Positions 16,208-31,283 of a stretch of DNA of 64,000 bases are shown here, one piece after another. This stretch comes from the human T2T-CHM13v2.0 reference genome, Homo sapiens, in assembly GCF_009914755.1 (NCBI RefSeq), contig NC_060942.1; one strand, given 5' to 3'. The position numbers and the translations under genes are program-made. How positions within the stretch are numbered: the first letter of the stretch is position 1; each line of letters begins with the position of its first letter. The notes below the pieces were generated by a model. That model was not told where the DNA came from. It did not search any database and saw only the letters and a program-made list of their open reading frames with translations.

Positions 16208-16408
16208 CAGTGGCTCTTCATCAGGGATAATTTTCCCCCTAAAGGACAGTTGACAATGTCTGGAGACATTTTTATTGTCATAATGGGGATGAGGTGCAAT
16301 GGCATCAAAAAAGTAGAGGCCAGGGGTGCTGCTAAATGTCCTACAACCCCTGGCAACAAGGAATTATCTAAGCCCAAAATGGGAACAGTGTGGAGGTTGA
16401 GAAATCCC
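16208..16408. mobile_element. MER20 DNA transposon within an MLT1-like relic
   Basis: CAGTGG..GACAATGTCTGGAGACATTTTT..GTAGAGGCCAGGGGTGCTGCTAAA..GAGGTTGAGAAA. Confidence 0.75.
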
Positions 16409-18049
16409 GTTCTCACTCCATCTATCACACCTGTGATCCAAGAAGCAGGTCAGCATACAGAAGAAAGGGGCAAAAGGCATATGCCAGCTGACTTAAGAAA
16501 AGTTTCTAGAAGCTGCCACACAATTCCACTTATATTCCATTCACCAAAACTTAATCACATGGCCACACATAATTGGAAAATATAGTCCTTATTCTCAGCA
16601 GCAATGTGCTTAGTTAGAAATTGAGGACCAAACTGTCAGTCTTTGACATAGTAATTATACTGGACATGACTTTTCAAATTAAATTTACCTTCCTCCCCTT
16701 GCCACCTTTCCCATGACTGACCCCCAGCAAAAAAAAAATCATTCCCCTCCCTGCCAAGAAGTGGTTGCTTTTCTCCACCGCTGCTTTGAGAGTTATTGCC
16801 TTAGGGAGAAAGAATGTCATCTTGAACCATTACCTCAAAACTAGTTGAGATTCTTTCTTGCTTCATTGACTTCACTTGAAAAATATTTATTGAGAGCTTT
16901 AAAGTGCCATGCACAGTGTCGAAGGCAGCTTGGCACCTCCCACAGAGCCAGCTCAGACGCAGGCATGGAACCAAGCAGACCACTTGGACATCATGGCCAA
17001 GGCAAACCTAGAGCTATCTGTGATGAGATGTCTCTGTTTTCCCCTAGGGAAAGAGAGGTCTTGCAGGAACACACCTGTGGAAGAAAGAATAGTGCAGTCA
17101 GCAATCCCTGAGGCCAGTTCTGAACCCACTACCAGTTCATGTGACCTCGAGCAAGCCATATCCTACTGCACCTCTATTTTCTCCTTTGCAAGTCTAAGGC
17201 TGGGATCCAGAGGTTTCCCAGGCCAGCACTGAGCTACCTACATGAATCAACTTGGAAGTGTGCTTAAAATGCAGATTCCTGGGCCCACCCCAAATTCTGA
17301 TTAAGAAACACTATGGTGGGGCCTGATAATTTATGAGTTTTTTCTTAAGTGTATATGTTCTCATGCCCAACAGCTGTGAAAATTACTAGACTAGTAGAAA
17401 TCCTTCTTAGCTCTAACAGTCCAACATCTTGGAAATTAGAAACAAATCCACATTCATGAGAAAGTACCTGTAACATTTCAGGAGACACTACACACTCAGA
17501 TGTAAAATGAGAGCTTGCAAAGTCATAGAAAATAAGAAGGCATCATTTCTACCAAAAGCATTACTAATCAACTGCTTCAAGACTGGGAAGTCATTTTCTA
17601 TTACTGGCATAGAAGAGGAATAACAACATTATAAAAGGTACTTTAAAAAAAGATGGATTTTCTGAGCTCTGAGACTACACTGAAGGAAAATAAGCCATAA
17701 TTCTATGTCACTATGAGCCCATAATTTTTGCCAGAAAGAGAATAAAAGGAGTCAGGTCTTCCCTAAACCTACTTGCTAGAATAATCAGGCATAGGGATTA
17801 GCTAAAGGATGCAGAGAAGCCCTCTCTACATCTTCCCCCAGCACCAAGAAAGCTATGCCAGCCCTTGGGCCCAACACAGCTTTGATCATTAAAGAATCAT
17901 GCCAACAAAGGTTTGGAAGCAGTGCACCTAATGATCTGAGTGATATTCAAATTTAAATTGACATAGAATGAAGAGAAAATAAAAGCCTTGTACAGGTCTC
18001 TGCATCTTGAGGTCCTACATTTGCACATCTCACTACCATCAAAATAATC

Positions 18050-19300
18050 AAAGTACAATGAGCTCTCGAATGAGACCTAGAACAGACCTGGAACATACAG
18101 ATTATCAAAGGCTTATCCAAGAAGACATCTGCAAAACTGAATTCTGAAGGCTTAATACGTGTTAGTCACAAAAGTGTTGGAGAAATTGTAGGATACTGGC
18201 CAGGTGAACTAACACACACCAAGATCTGGAAGAAAAGCATCAAATGAAGTATACAAACTACAGGTAGTTCATTCATTTGCAACCTATCCCAGAGTGGTGA
18301 ATGGTGAGGCTGGAAAAGTAAGCAAGGCGAGAGCATGAGTGGCCTTCATTGCACACAAGTACAGGAATGTGGGCTTTGTCCTGAAGGCAATAGAGAGGCA
18401 CTGGAAGGTTCAAGGCTGGGGAGCAACTCTAGCTGCATGTAGAGAATGGGCTGTAGCAGAGCAGTATTCCAACTAGGGAGACTAGTAAGAAAGTTAGTGC
18501 AACACTCCAGGTAGGAAACAATGAAAGTCTGACACAAGAGAATGGTAGTGGGACGGATAAAAGGAAAATTCCCTAAAGCACTTTGAGTTGTAGAACTAAG
18601 ACTTAGTGATTGATTTCACTTGAAGAATAAGACAAAGGGGATAGTCAGCAATGACTACTTCGGGCACCTGAGGTGGTGACAGTCAGTGAAAAGTCAAACA
18701 CAGAAAGGAAGCAAGTTGCAAAGGTTGGGGCAGAAGAATCCAAGTAAAGCCTCCCAGGAGGCAGTTGACCGTAATGGCCTGAGACTTAAGACAGTGATTT
18801 AGGCAGCAGATGATAAATCAAACCACAAGCCAATAAAATGACCCCAGGAAAGAATTAAGAGTGAGAAGAAGATGAACATAAAACCCCAGGGAAAAAAATC
18901 AGCCTTTAAGCTGCAACAGAAGAAAATGGGCATAAGAAAAGCTAAGAGTCACCAGAGAGGCAGAAGGAAAACTATGAGAGTGGGTACTACAAAATTCAAA
19001 GGAAGAAAAGATTTTAGGAAAGGAGTGTTAATCATGGCCACTGTTTCCAAAAGGTTGTCCATGAGATTCCACAATGAAGAGGTCCCTGATGATCTTGGGA
19101 GGCACAGCTTGGAGTGGTGGGCGCAAAGCCAGAGAGCCTTAGATTTAAGAGAGAATGGGAGGTGGGAGGTAGGAAGTGAGGACAATGAGTTGGAAAACCT
19201 TGGTGAAGCGAATCTGTAAAGAATTTAAAAGAGGGAGGCAACCAGTGCTGGATGGGAGACGGGAAGGTGATTCTTTTAAAGATGGAAGACACTTGGGACA
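18050..19300 (-). mobile_element. L2 fragment
   Basis: Purine-rich L2 antisense motifs (GGGAGACTAGTAAGAAAGTTAGTGCAAC..CCAGGT; GATGATCTTGGGAGG). Confidence 0.55.
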
Positions 19301-19624
19301 ATTTAAAGGACTGAAATTTACTGAGTATTCATATGTGACCTCATTTGAACCTCCTAATATTCATGAGGAAGTTTTCCCATTCTGCAGATGTGGAAACTGG
19401 AACTGAGGCTAAGTGACTCAGAAACATAGGGGAAATTGATGGTGGGCTTTGGAAGAAGAGATACAGCCATTACTTCCTTGCCTGAATTCCCACTGCCACT
19501 TCATCATGCTGGAGGCACAAGGCAGGGAGGCATGGAGAGAAAGACGGAAAAGAGGATTGGAAAGGAAGACTCACAGTGCTAAGTCCCCATTAGGTGCAGG
19601 AACTATTAGAAACTTACTTATTAC

Positions 19625-20302
<678 letters not shown>

Positions 20303-21973
20303 AAATCACCTTTAATCAAATCCCACTAACCCCTCAAGGAAGACACTATTATAAAGTTTGGCTTACAGTGAGTAAGAGCTCTGAGGTTGAGAAAGGTTAC
20401 ACCTTCACCAGGTCATGCCACCAGTAAGTGACTGCATCTGATGTCAACTTGGATCTGCAGAAATTAAGGTGTCCTCTCACCGCTTCTAGCGAGCCCTTCA
20501 TTTCAGAGTCTCAGGCACTCTCCTCCAGCAACTCCACTAGTCTCCACATCACCCCTACCCCCACCCCCACAGTAGACTATTTATGAACACTGCTTTCATT
20601 CCAGTCTGTGCTCACCCAAACCCTACATGGCCTCATGTCTCACACCGGGGTCAGCCCCACAGTGGCATGAGACCACGTGCCTGGAGGAACGGAAGCTGAA
20701 GAATACTTCACTGGGTCCTTCCCTTTTACTCAACGGTAAGTAATTTAAAAGACTATTTTTATATGAAAAAATAAATCTGAAGACATTGCTGAGCCAAACA
20801 TAAAAATTACATGAATTTCTGAGATGAAATATGAGACTTCCATGAGATGTCCTGCTTGTGGTGCAGCTTTGGACTCCAGCAAGTTCCTGTTTAGAATATT
20901 TCAATGGAAATTCATGAAAAACAACTTAAAACAGGATAAAGGGCTTATGGTGGAATTTCAGAACTTCCAGTCCATCCCACTTGCTTTCCAGGCTTAACTA
21001 ACCCCACTTCCCCACAAGAACCTTACTCGATACTCCTACTACATCCCTTCAGCTTTCCCCTTTATCTCGGCTTCCCCTGCAGCCTGGAATGCCCTTCTTC
21101 TACTCACTCATCTGAAACCTGTTCACCTTCCATGAAGTCCTGTAGGATCACAGTCATCTCCCTTCCACTAATCTCCCATGTTAAGCCAGCACTTGTCACT
21201 GCTATCGTGCATTGTTATATTATCCATCTGTGGTGTAGGGCTTGTCTCTCTAAGCTGCTTAATAATAGGGATCGTGTCTGCTATATCCTTGGGCTTCCAC
21301 ACATAAGCAAGATAGCTTTCCCAGAGAAACAAAAACAGCAGCAGCACCAACTTATATTTAATAGGTACTCATATATATGATCTCATTGGAACTTCATAAT
21401 AATACCATGAGGAAGTTTCCCTACAAAACTGACACTTAGAGAAGCTAAGTGACTCTTGCAAGGCCATACAGGTTGGAAGAGACTGCTACATTCTGGCAGC
21501 AGAGCCTGTGCCATACTAAGTAGGTGCTCAAAGAATATTTATTAGTTGACTTTTTCCACTTCTTCCTCTTAAATGGTAGCAGAGTACCATTAAGTGATCT
21601 TCATAGACTCCATAGAGAATAGCAGAATCATCTAGCAGAGCCCCCCCGCTCATTTCTGACCCACAAAATCACTAGACATAATACAATGGGCTTATTGATT
21701 TAGGTCATTACGTTTCTGATTAGTTTTTCAAGTGGCAAGAGAAATCTGAAAAACCCTCATGAGTTCTGAAGCAAATTTCTCATAGTTGGCATTTAACACA
21801 ATTTTTGTATTATCACTGAGCACACATTAGGCAAAGTCTGTCCTAGTGCATTCTCAGTTCATTGTTGATGCCCTTTCCCAACAATCCAGTTCTCTCCAAG
21901 GTCCTCTGAAGATCCCCTCTCAGATCTTCTTCCCTCAAGATGCCCTAAACCTTAGAATCCTTCTGGTCTTATG

Positions 21974-22130
21974 CCTCTCTTCCTTCTTTCTTCTTTTTTC
22001 TTTCTTCTCCTCCTTCTCCTTCTTTCTTTTCCCTTCTTCTTCCTTCTTCTTCTTCTTTCTTCTTCTTCCCTCCCCCTCCCCCTCCCTCTCCCCCTCCTTC
22101 CCTCTCCTTCTCCTTCTCCTTCTTTCTTTT
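21974..22130. repeat. Pure polypyrimidine (CTT/CCT/CCCCCT) tract, expanded Alu tail
   Basis: About 155 nt containing only C and T, directly abutting an antisense Alu. Confidence 0.9.
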
Positions 22131-22667
<537 letters not shown>

Positions 22668-24179
22668 CTTAAAAGAAGAATTTAGTAGCCCTAAAGAATC
22701 TCCAAGGTGAAGACTAGAAGAGAGAAATCAATGCAGCATTTGTGTAGAGACCTAGGAGGAGAGGGCCTGAACACCAAGCAGTCTCCCTGGTGTTTCTTCT
22801 CCATCTTCTATTCATAGCCTTCTACACAAACCAGAAAAAGATCATCAATTTTACACCAGATGTGAGAAGATGCCCACTCCCACTGCCTCCCCCAGTAGTA
22901 AGTCCTAATTAAAACTTGCTACCCTCTGAATCTAAAATGATTTAATGCTTCCTTTCCTTTGAAGTGATGATATTACAGATTTTATTATCTTTTCAAGGAG
23001 AAAAGGTCTGTTAGAATAAATAAAGCCTTAGTATATGAAGTAATGTTCAGAGTGTCTTATCAACTTTAGTCTTCCCCTGGGAATCCTCTCTCTTCCCCTC
23101 TGCTCACCACATCCTGTCCTTCTCTTCCAGCCCTGCTCTGATTATTAACTAAGAACCCATAGAAACTAAGGTTTCCTTTAGCTCTCCCTAAATGGGGTTT
23201 GAATAACCCACTAACCATGTTTAAACAGGTCTTCTTAATCATAAACATCACCCTAGAAGACAAACATCACTCTTCTATTATGTGGCTGCCCATAAAACCC
23301 AGACAGCTTCCTGTTTCTCTGTTTGGACCTCATGTGCCTGCCAAAGGTATGTGCCATTTCCCAGTGGCTTTGAGGGAGGCATAAAAGCCAGAGCCCACAG
23401 GACTGTGTTACTCAGTCTTTGTCTTAGGTCTCAGGTGGGGCCAGATAGGGAGGGGAGTGTCACATCTTGTTGCATTACTAAGGCTGATGGTCACCCAAAA
23501 TACAAAGATAGGACTGTATCTCTTGGAGATGAAGGTTCACATGTCAACATACACCTCCCACCTATGTCAGTCTTCCCATCCCCAACCTTGGTCATGTCAT
23601 TCCTCACCTCACTTCCCTCCTACTCCACTTCCAATGTGGAAAGGACCCCTCTTCTCCTGTCCACCCAACTAATAGCTACCTAGCCCACCAAAGTACACTT
23701 CAAGCCCCACCTCCTTTCTGAAGCCTCCACTGCCCACTCAGGTGACTTTCTTCTACCATTCACAGATGGTAACATGTGTGTATCATTCCTACCTAAAATG
23801 CTGGAGAATGGTATGTTAACTCTTCCTGTGGTATTTGTTTTCCCAACATTATATTTAAGTTCCTGGAGTGCAGAAAGTGTGTGCTGTCCATGTTTGAATG
23901 CCCCACATGCCTAATGAAGGACAATGTAGATGGAAGACCCATGAGCAATATACTGAATCAATTAAAGAGACAGGGCATGACATTGTTCAGGCAGCTGTTA
24001 ATAATAATAATAAAATTAGTTGCTATTATTAAGCCTGTCTTAAACTGCAGAGAACAAGACAGACACAGGGGATGACCTACAAGCTTCAAGACTCAGAGAA
24101 TTCAACAACCTTAAGAAATACCTCCTGGGCAGAATGCTGTATTTGGAAGGTTGGAAGACTCTGAGCTTGAGAACCCTGA

Positions 24180-24665
24180 AGAAGGCGGAACTGTTGGGTT
24201 GCCGGCAGCCGGGAAGGGTTTGCCTGACACTCTTGGCTGGGCGGGAAGAAATGGGGGGAAGGAGAAGGGCGGCGCACTGGGCTGCTGGAAGCTGGGTTCC
24301 TTCCGAAGGGACGTTACGCTACCGTCCGTAATATCACCCCAAGCCCTAGCATTCTCAGGAAAGTCGCTTATGAAGCTATGACTCAAGTGCCGCAGTGCTT
24401 GGGCCCACGCTTCGCAGCGTGGAATCAGCGGCGGGGCGCGGCGGCACGAGGAAGCTGTGCAAAGCCGAAGGGGCAGCCTCAGACCAGGAACCTTACCCGT
24501 CTGGCGGGTCTTATGGCCGAGTCACCGTGGCGGCGCGGCAGCTCGGGCCCGGTTCTTCCGGGCGGGCCGGGGTGGTCACCTCTGCAAAGCAGGGTTTCTG
24601 GGCCGTGATCGAGTCTTGCTCACGGGCATGTCGGGAAACGCCTGCTGCGCTCCCTGCCTGAAAAT
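24180..24665. promoter_or_regulatory. Orphan CpG island (promoter/enhancer-like)
   Basis: Only non-repeat CpG-dense GC-rich segment in the window. GC boxes, AP-1 TGACTCA (24379-24385), TTC-N4-GAA (24352-24361), ETS CCGGAAG on - (24554-24560). Confidence 0.75.
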
Positions 24666-24997
24666 CCACTCTTGAAAATGCACTCCCTTAGGTTAAAACG
24701 CTGCCTTTCCTAAGGACCTTCTTTAAAAGTAAATCCTAACATAAGTTGGTGCAACCAATTTCCTTCCCTTACAGACGCTAAAAGCAGAGCACTGAAGGGG
24801 TGGGATTCTTGAAGGGGAGGGAGGGAGGTAAGGCTACTGATGATCCTGGAAGGGACAGCTCCACTGCGAAGGGTTTAGGGGAAGGCGGATATCAGCTCTG
24901 GTTGCTCGGTTAGTTTGCCCTATTTGAGCTGACGACTTTCGTTAATGAATTTCACCTCTAGTGCTCAGTGGTTTATCTGAAAGAAAAGGCTGGACTA

Positions 24998-25185
24998 GAG
25001 AAGTGGTTCTCAAATTGGTCCCCAGACCAGCAACATCAGCATCAGCTGGGACCTCGTTAGAAATGAAAACTATAGGCCAGTCCTAGATCTACTGAATGAG
25101 GGACTCAGCGGAGAGCCCAGGAATGTCTTTCAACAGCCCTCCAAGTGTTTCTGATTCATGCTGTCATTTGGTGACAAACTGGACT
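24998..25185. mobile_element. MER5A DNA transposon
   Basis: AGTGGTTCTCAAA..CCCAGACCAGCAACATCAGCATCA..GTTAGAAATG..ACAGCCCTCCAAGTG. Confidence 0.75.
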
Positions 25186-25801
25186 AAATGATCTGGCGAG
25201 TCCCTTGCACAGAAGAGAGCTGATACTTTTTAATGTGGTTCATGAGGCCATACAAGGCCCTCACTGATGTGGTCCTCATGTAACTGTCCAGTCTCTTAAG
25301 GCAACAGTCTTTCTCATCTACATAAAACTGATAAAACTTTCTCTAAAGAGATTTCCTCTTTGAAACCCAGGCTTACATATGCTGCTCTTCCTGACATAGC
25401 CTTTTTCTTCCATTACTATCTCCTATTTGTCCTGTAAGACTTGTTTTGTGATTATCTCTTCCAGGAAGGCCATCTCACACCTCCCAAGGTCAGGTGTCTC
25501 CCTTCTGTGTTGTTGTAGCACCTTGTAAATGTTATATCCATTTACCACCTTTATCAGGTCACCCACCAGACTGAGCGAGGTGTGAGCAGAAACTTGTACT
25601 TCTGCACGTTCAGTGTCTGACACAATGTTAGCCACTACAGTAATCATCAATGCATGAGTGAATGAATGGATGAATTGAATCCTTTTGTCAACTGAGGGCT
25701 CAGATAGTGGCTTTCTGGTTCTTTTTGATCTCTAATCATTGATAATTTAAAGCTCTTCGTGTTACCCCAATGATTTGATCAATGCTTATTACTGTTAGTA
25801 A

Positions 25802-26076
<275 letters not shown>

Positions 26077-26779
26077 AACTGTTAGTAATTCTTTATAGTA
26101 CATTACATAATACAAATTATTTCATATCCATTAGCCCATTTCAACTTCTCATCAACCTTAAGAATTAGAGTAGGTATTGTTTTAATCATTTTAACAGCTG
26201 TAAAACAACTCACAGATATTAAATGGCTTTCCATGGTTACCTATTTCTGTAAAAATTATTTACACAGAGTACAAATAAAACACAAAGTGTCTCCTTGGCA
26301 AGGCATAGTGATAGACACATAGGAGTTAAAAACTTATTAAAGACATGATCCTTATCCTCAAGGAACCTCTATTTTAGGAAAAATAAAACATATTCTCCAA
26401 ATAGCCACAACGTAATAAGTGTATAATAAATCCAATCTTAAGTGAGTCATTCCATTAAGGATTTAGGAGTTTGGTGGACAGAGAAACTGTGGGTGGCAGA
26501 GTAGTTAGGGGAAACATGATTGGGGCAGAGGCAGAAATTGCATGATGACTGGACAGAAAAGGATGTGAACAGATATGAGAAGAAAGCCTCCCAGGAGCAG
26601 AGAATAGACTAATAAATGAACAGAGACTGGAACAATCAACATTGTCTGGGGCAGTGAATATATCTAATAGCTGTAGCAAATAGCAGAGATGCTATGAAGG
26701 GGAGCTGTGAAAGTCAAAGATAGAACTGGTGGTGGCACTACATATGCCACTGAAAGTGGGCTTGATGGGAGGATTTTTC

Positions 26780-29050
26780 ATACTTTTATTAGGCTATTAG
26801 TGGCCACTCTTGAAATTACAACATATATCATTGATTTATTAAACATTAATGTTAACTCTTAATTTTCCGTCCTCCCAGACAATGCAAGGACCTTAGAACA
26901 CTTTAACTCTATTACCTCCCTCCTGACTTGCTATCGTTATCATGGATCTTGAGTATGTATTTTAAACCCCACTAGTCATTATTATTTTCATTTTGCATAG
27001 TCAGTATTCATTTATATTTACCTGTGTTGTTTCCATTTTCATTCCTCTTCAATTTTTCCTTCATCTCCAAGCTTTCATCTGGGATCTTCTCTTTACCCAA
27101 AGAATATCTGTCAGAATTTCCTTTAGTGCAGGTCTCTTGGTGGCAGCTTCTTTCAGTTTTTATTTCACTGACTTTATTTTACCATGATTACTGAAAAATA
27201 TTTTTACTAGGTGTAGAATTCTAGATTGGCCAAATTGAAAATATCGTTCTACTATTTTCTTATTTCTGTTATCATTTTTGAGAAGTCTGCTGTCATTCTT
27301 TTTGTTCTTGGAGATGAGGGTCTCACAGTGTTGCCCAGGTTGGAGTGCCATGGCTAGTCACAGGTGCAATCATAGCTCACTGCAGCCTCGAACTCCTGGC
27401 CTCAAGCAATCCTCCCACCCGCCTCAGCCTCTTGAGTAGCTTGGACTACAGGCAGGCACCACTGCACCTGGTTTACCAGCATTCTAATTGTTGCTTCTGT
27501 CTATTGTCACTTGTCTGCTTTTAAAATTTTTCTCTTTGATTTTGGTCTTCTGAAATTGGACTATAATATGTCTAGGTATGAGTACATTTTATTTATGCTG
27601 CTTGAGATTCGTAGGATTTTTATCTGTTTGGGGGAATTCTCAACCATTATCTTTTCAAATGCTCACTCTCTTCTCTCCATTGGGGATCCCATTTGAATAG
27701 GTACACATTTAGCATACATGCTGATCAAACTGCATATGTCTCTGACTCCTCTGAATTTTCATGCTTTTTCCTGAGTTAAGTCTGGATAGTTGCTTTTGAC
27801 CTTTCTCCTAGTTCTTTCATTAACTGTATTTATTTGCTGCTAAATACATCATTGAGATCTTGATTTTGGTTATTATATTTTTAATTAGAGTGTTTCTAGA
27901 GGTTCTCTATCAAATGTGGACAATTACTTTTTATAGCTTCCAATTTCCAATCCTTGCCAACAAATTTCAAGTTTGGCCTTTACTTTCTTTGTTTGTTTTT
28001 GTTTTTGTTTTTGAGACGGAGTCTTGCTCTGTTGCCCAGGCTAGAGTGCAATGGCACAATCTCTCCTCACCGCAGGCTTCACCTCCCGGGTTCAAGCGAT
28101 TCCATTCCCCTGCCTCAGCTTCCTGAGTAACTGGGATTACAGGTGCCTGCCACCACACCTGGCTAATTTTTGTATTTTTAGTAGAGGTGGGGTTTCACCA
28201 TACTGACCAGGTTGGTCTCGAACTCCTGACCTCAGGTGATCCGCCCACCTCGGCCTCCCAAAGTGCTGGGATTACAGGCGTGAGCCACCACACCCGGCCA
28301 GGTCTTTGTTTTCTTGAGTATATTATAATGTTGCTTTAGAGTGCCTGGTAATCCCACTGTCAATAATGACCATGAATATCTTTCTGTTACTTCTTGTTTG
28401 TGCTGTTCTTTGAATGTTGTCTTCATTCCTCATTTGCTTGGTTATTTATTACTGTGTGTTGAACATTACGTTTGAAAAAGTATCTGTAGAAATAATGTGA
28501 GACTTAGGATGATATCTTCTTCTGGACATGATTTTCAGTTTCTATGCCAGGCATCTAGAGACACTAGTAATCCAACAAAGATTGCTTCAATTCAAAGTCA
28601 AAGCTTCAAATTTTTTGAGCCACCCAGATGACTAAGGCTAGAATCCATGTGAAGTTTAATTCCAGCTTAGTCTGACAGTGCAGCCCTTCGGGGCCCCAAC
28701 TCTGAGTGCCAAGTAGTTTACCAGGGTCTCCACCATGGAAAAGAAAGGAAGCAGTAGATTCGAACTTATGGGCACCTAGCCACCCACAGTTTTCAAAAAC
28801 ATGGCTCATCTCTCTGTCTTCTCTTTAGATGAGCCAGTGCCCCCTGGGCAAAAGTAGCCCTAAATGCCAAGCTTGCCCCTCTAGAGCCTCATTGTCTCCT
28901 AGATCTTGGCTTGCTTCCTCACTATCTTATTAGCTTTTGATATTTTAGGGAATTTTTTTTAAATGTTTTCTCTGAATTTGTTAGTTGTTTTCAGAGGGAA
29001 GGTTGGCCCATATTAGCTAGTCTGCCTCTATTAGAAGCAGAAGTCTGATA
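26780..29050 (-). mobile_element. Ancient L1M relic carrying a FAM monomer (27300-27471) and an AluS (27990-28298)
   Basis: T-rich L1M antisense motifs (TTTCCTTTAGTGCAGGTCT, GGTGTAGAATTCTAG, GAGAAGTCTGCTGTCA); FAM and Alu consensus matches. Confidence 0.6.
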
Positions 29051-29101
29051 TGGACTTTGGATAGAAATGAGGATCAGAAGTTTTTAAGAATAGAGGGACA
29101 T

Positions 29102-29406
29102 GGCCAGGCACGGTGGCTCATGCCTGTAATCCCAACACTTTGGGAGGCCAAGGCGGGTGGATCACGAGGTCAGGAGATTGAAACCATCCTTGCTAACATG
29201 GTGAAACCCCGTCTCTACTAAAAATACAAAAAATAAAAATAAAAAATTTAGTCGGGCATGGTGGCAGGCATCTGTAGTCCCAGCTACTCGGGAGGCTGAG
29301 GCAGGAGAATGGCATGAACCCGGGAGGGGAGCTTGCAGTGAGCCGAGATCATGCCACTGCACTCCAGCCTGGGTGACAGAGTGAGACTGTCTCAAAAAAA
29401 AAAAAA
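29102..29406 (+). mobile_element. AluSc/Y-like SINE
   Basis: Full Alu, TSD AGAGGGACAT on both sides. Confidence 0.92.
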
Positions 29407-31086
29407 GAGGGACATAAGCAGATAAATGAATCAGAAAGCAGTGTGTATGAGGGGGCTGTTGCAGGGGTCAGTAAAGAGATAAGAATGGAAGAAGATGATT
29501 CTTTTTATTGGTTCCCTTGCTTCAGCCAGCATAAAGGATCAAAGAATTTATTGGGCTAATGCTCAGATTGTACTTCTAATCCCAGTTAAACCCATGGGAT
29601 TTCAAAAACAGGCAGTATTGTTTAACTTACTTAGTTGTTTCCTTGTTGGAGAGCCTTTGATTCCAACTGCAAACTCTGCCAAGAGAAAAGAGAAACCTAA
29701 ACCACAGATGGATTAATCCCTACTCTAGGAGCACTGAACCATTGTCCCTGCTCTCAGAGAACCGCCTGGAGCAATGCTGGGGCAGTGGGTGAGTTCAGAG
29801 GATCGAGGCTGCACTGCTGAGACAGAAACACCAGTCAAGGTGCAGTGCCCTATGCTGTGGTCCTCTGGCTGCCTGCCTTTCAGGGCTATAGGTGCTGGAG
29901 CTTTTGAATAGGGATGATGGCAGACCCTGCTGCTTGGGCAGCATAGCACCCATCCTCTACCTCCTTTCCCTTTACTTCTTTCCATTAGAGAGGCTGCAGT
30001 AGCTAAATATTCACTCTCCCAATATACCTGTATCATGGAGTGGTCATGTGATACAGTTCTGGCCAAGGAGATGTAATCAAAAGTTTGGTAGGAGAGTTCT
30101 GGGAAAGCTTCAGCTTTGCTAATAAGAGACAGATGGGGCGGGCACTGATCTTGGTATTGATCCTAGACTTGAATGCAGATGTGTCATATAGAGTTGAAGC
30201 AGCCTTTTCATGACCATGAGGAGACATGCATGAAGGAAAGGCCCAGAAAATCTCCAAGGCACCAGCCCTAACATTGCTTTTCTCTTATGTGAGAAAAAGA
30301 AACCACTCTTGTTTCAAGCTACTGTGGGTAGGCTTTCTATAATTTGCAAACAAAAACACTCCTAATTGATGCAGGGAGATTCCTAATGCCAGGACCCAGC
30401 ATCTGAGCAAAATCATCTTTGGCTGTAGAATTAAAAACATGATCAAACAGCAAATATTGACCAAACTTCTTGTGAAGCCAGCACTGAGCTAGGTGGCACT
30501 ATGGAAATCACCAAGGTAGCAGGCACTGAAAGCATTCACAGCCTAATTAAGAGAAATAATTTAATACAAATGAAATCTCATGATCAAATGTTAGAAAAGC
30601 CTTTAAGATGATCTAGTGGTTTCGGACATGTGTCAGCCATGATACCATCCCAACACCATACAGAGACTCAATGTGTAAAAAATAAAAACTGCTTCATTTT
30701 AAGAAACCTGTGCAATTGGCCCCTCCATATCTTTGATGATTTGTGGCTGAAAATTTCTGAGTAGCACTGCAATTGATTTGACAGCTGAGGAAACTGGGGT
30801 CTCCATGCAGAATGGAAGCAACTTATTCTAGGAGATGTAACAGGTTTGCCATGGTGCCTGAATGAAATCTACATCTCCAGGACCATTTTCAAGGCTGTTT
30901 CCTTCCAAACAGTGACCAAAAGAAGGGAGTGGATTATTACACAGTAAATTGGAAAGCAGCAGCAATAATTGGTACAGGAGACCAAAGAAAGGAGAAATTA
31001 GCATGACCAGAATTAACCAAAGCAAGCTTCATGGAAGAGGTGGGACTTGAATGAGGACATGAAAGTTGAATAAATTCAAAATGGGT

Positions 31087-31283
31087 CAGTGGTTCCATTG
31101 GCCCCCAGGAGACATTTGCAATGTCTAGAAGCATTTTTGGATGTCACAACCTGGGATGGGGGGTAGCATTTAGTGGACAGAAGCCAATGATGCTGCTTAA
31201 AGTCCTACAATGTGCAGAAAGTTCCCCATAACAAAGCATTATCCAGCCCAAAATGTCCCAATAGTGCCCAAGTTGAGAAACCC
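31087..31283. mobile_element. MER20 DNA transposon
   Basis: CAGTGGTT..GGACATTTGCAATGTCT..GCCCAAAATGTCCCAATAGTGCCCAAGTTGAGAAACCCTG. Confidence 0.75.

Noticed and set aside
24086-24675. Overlapping short ORFs in the CpG island
   Set aside because: Expected from stop-codon scarcity in GC-rich DNA; no recognisable homology.
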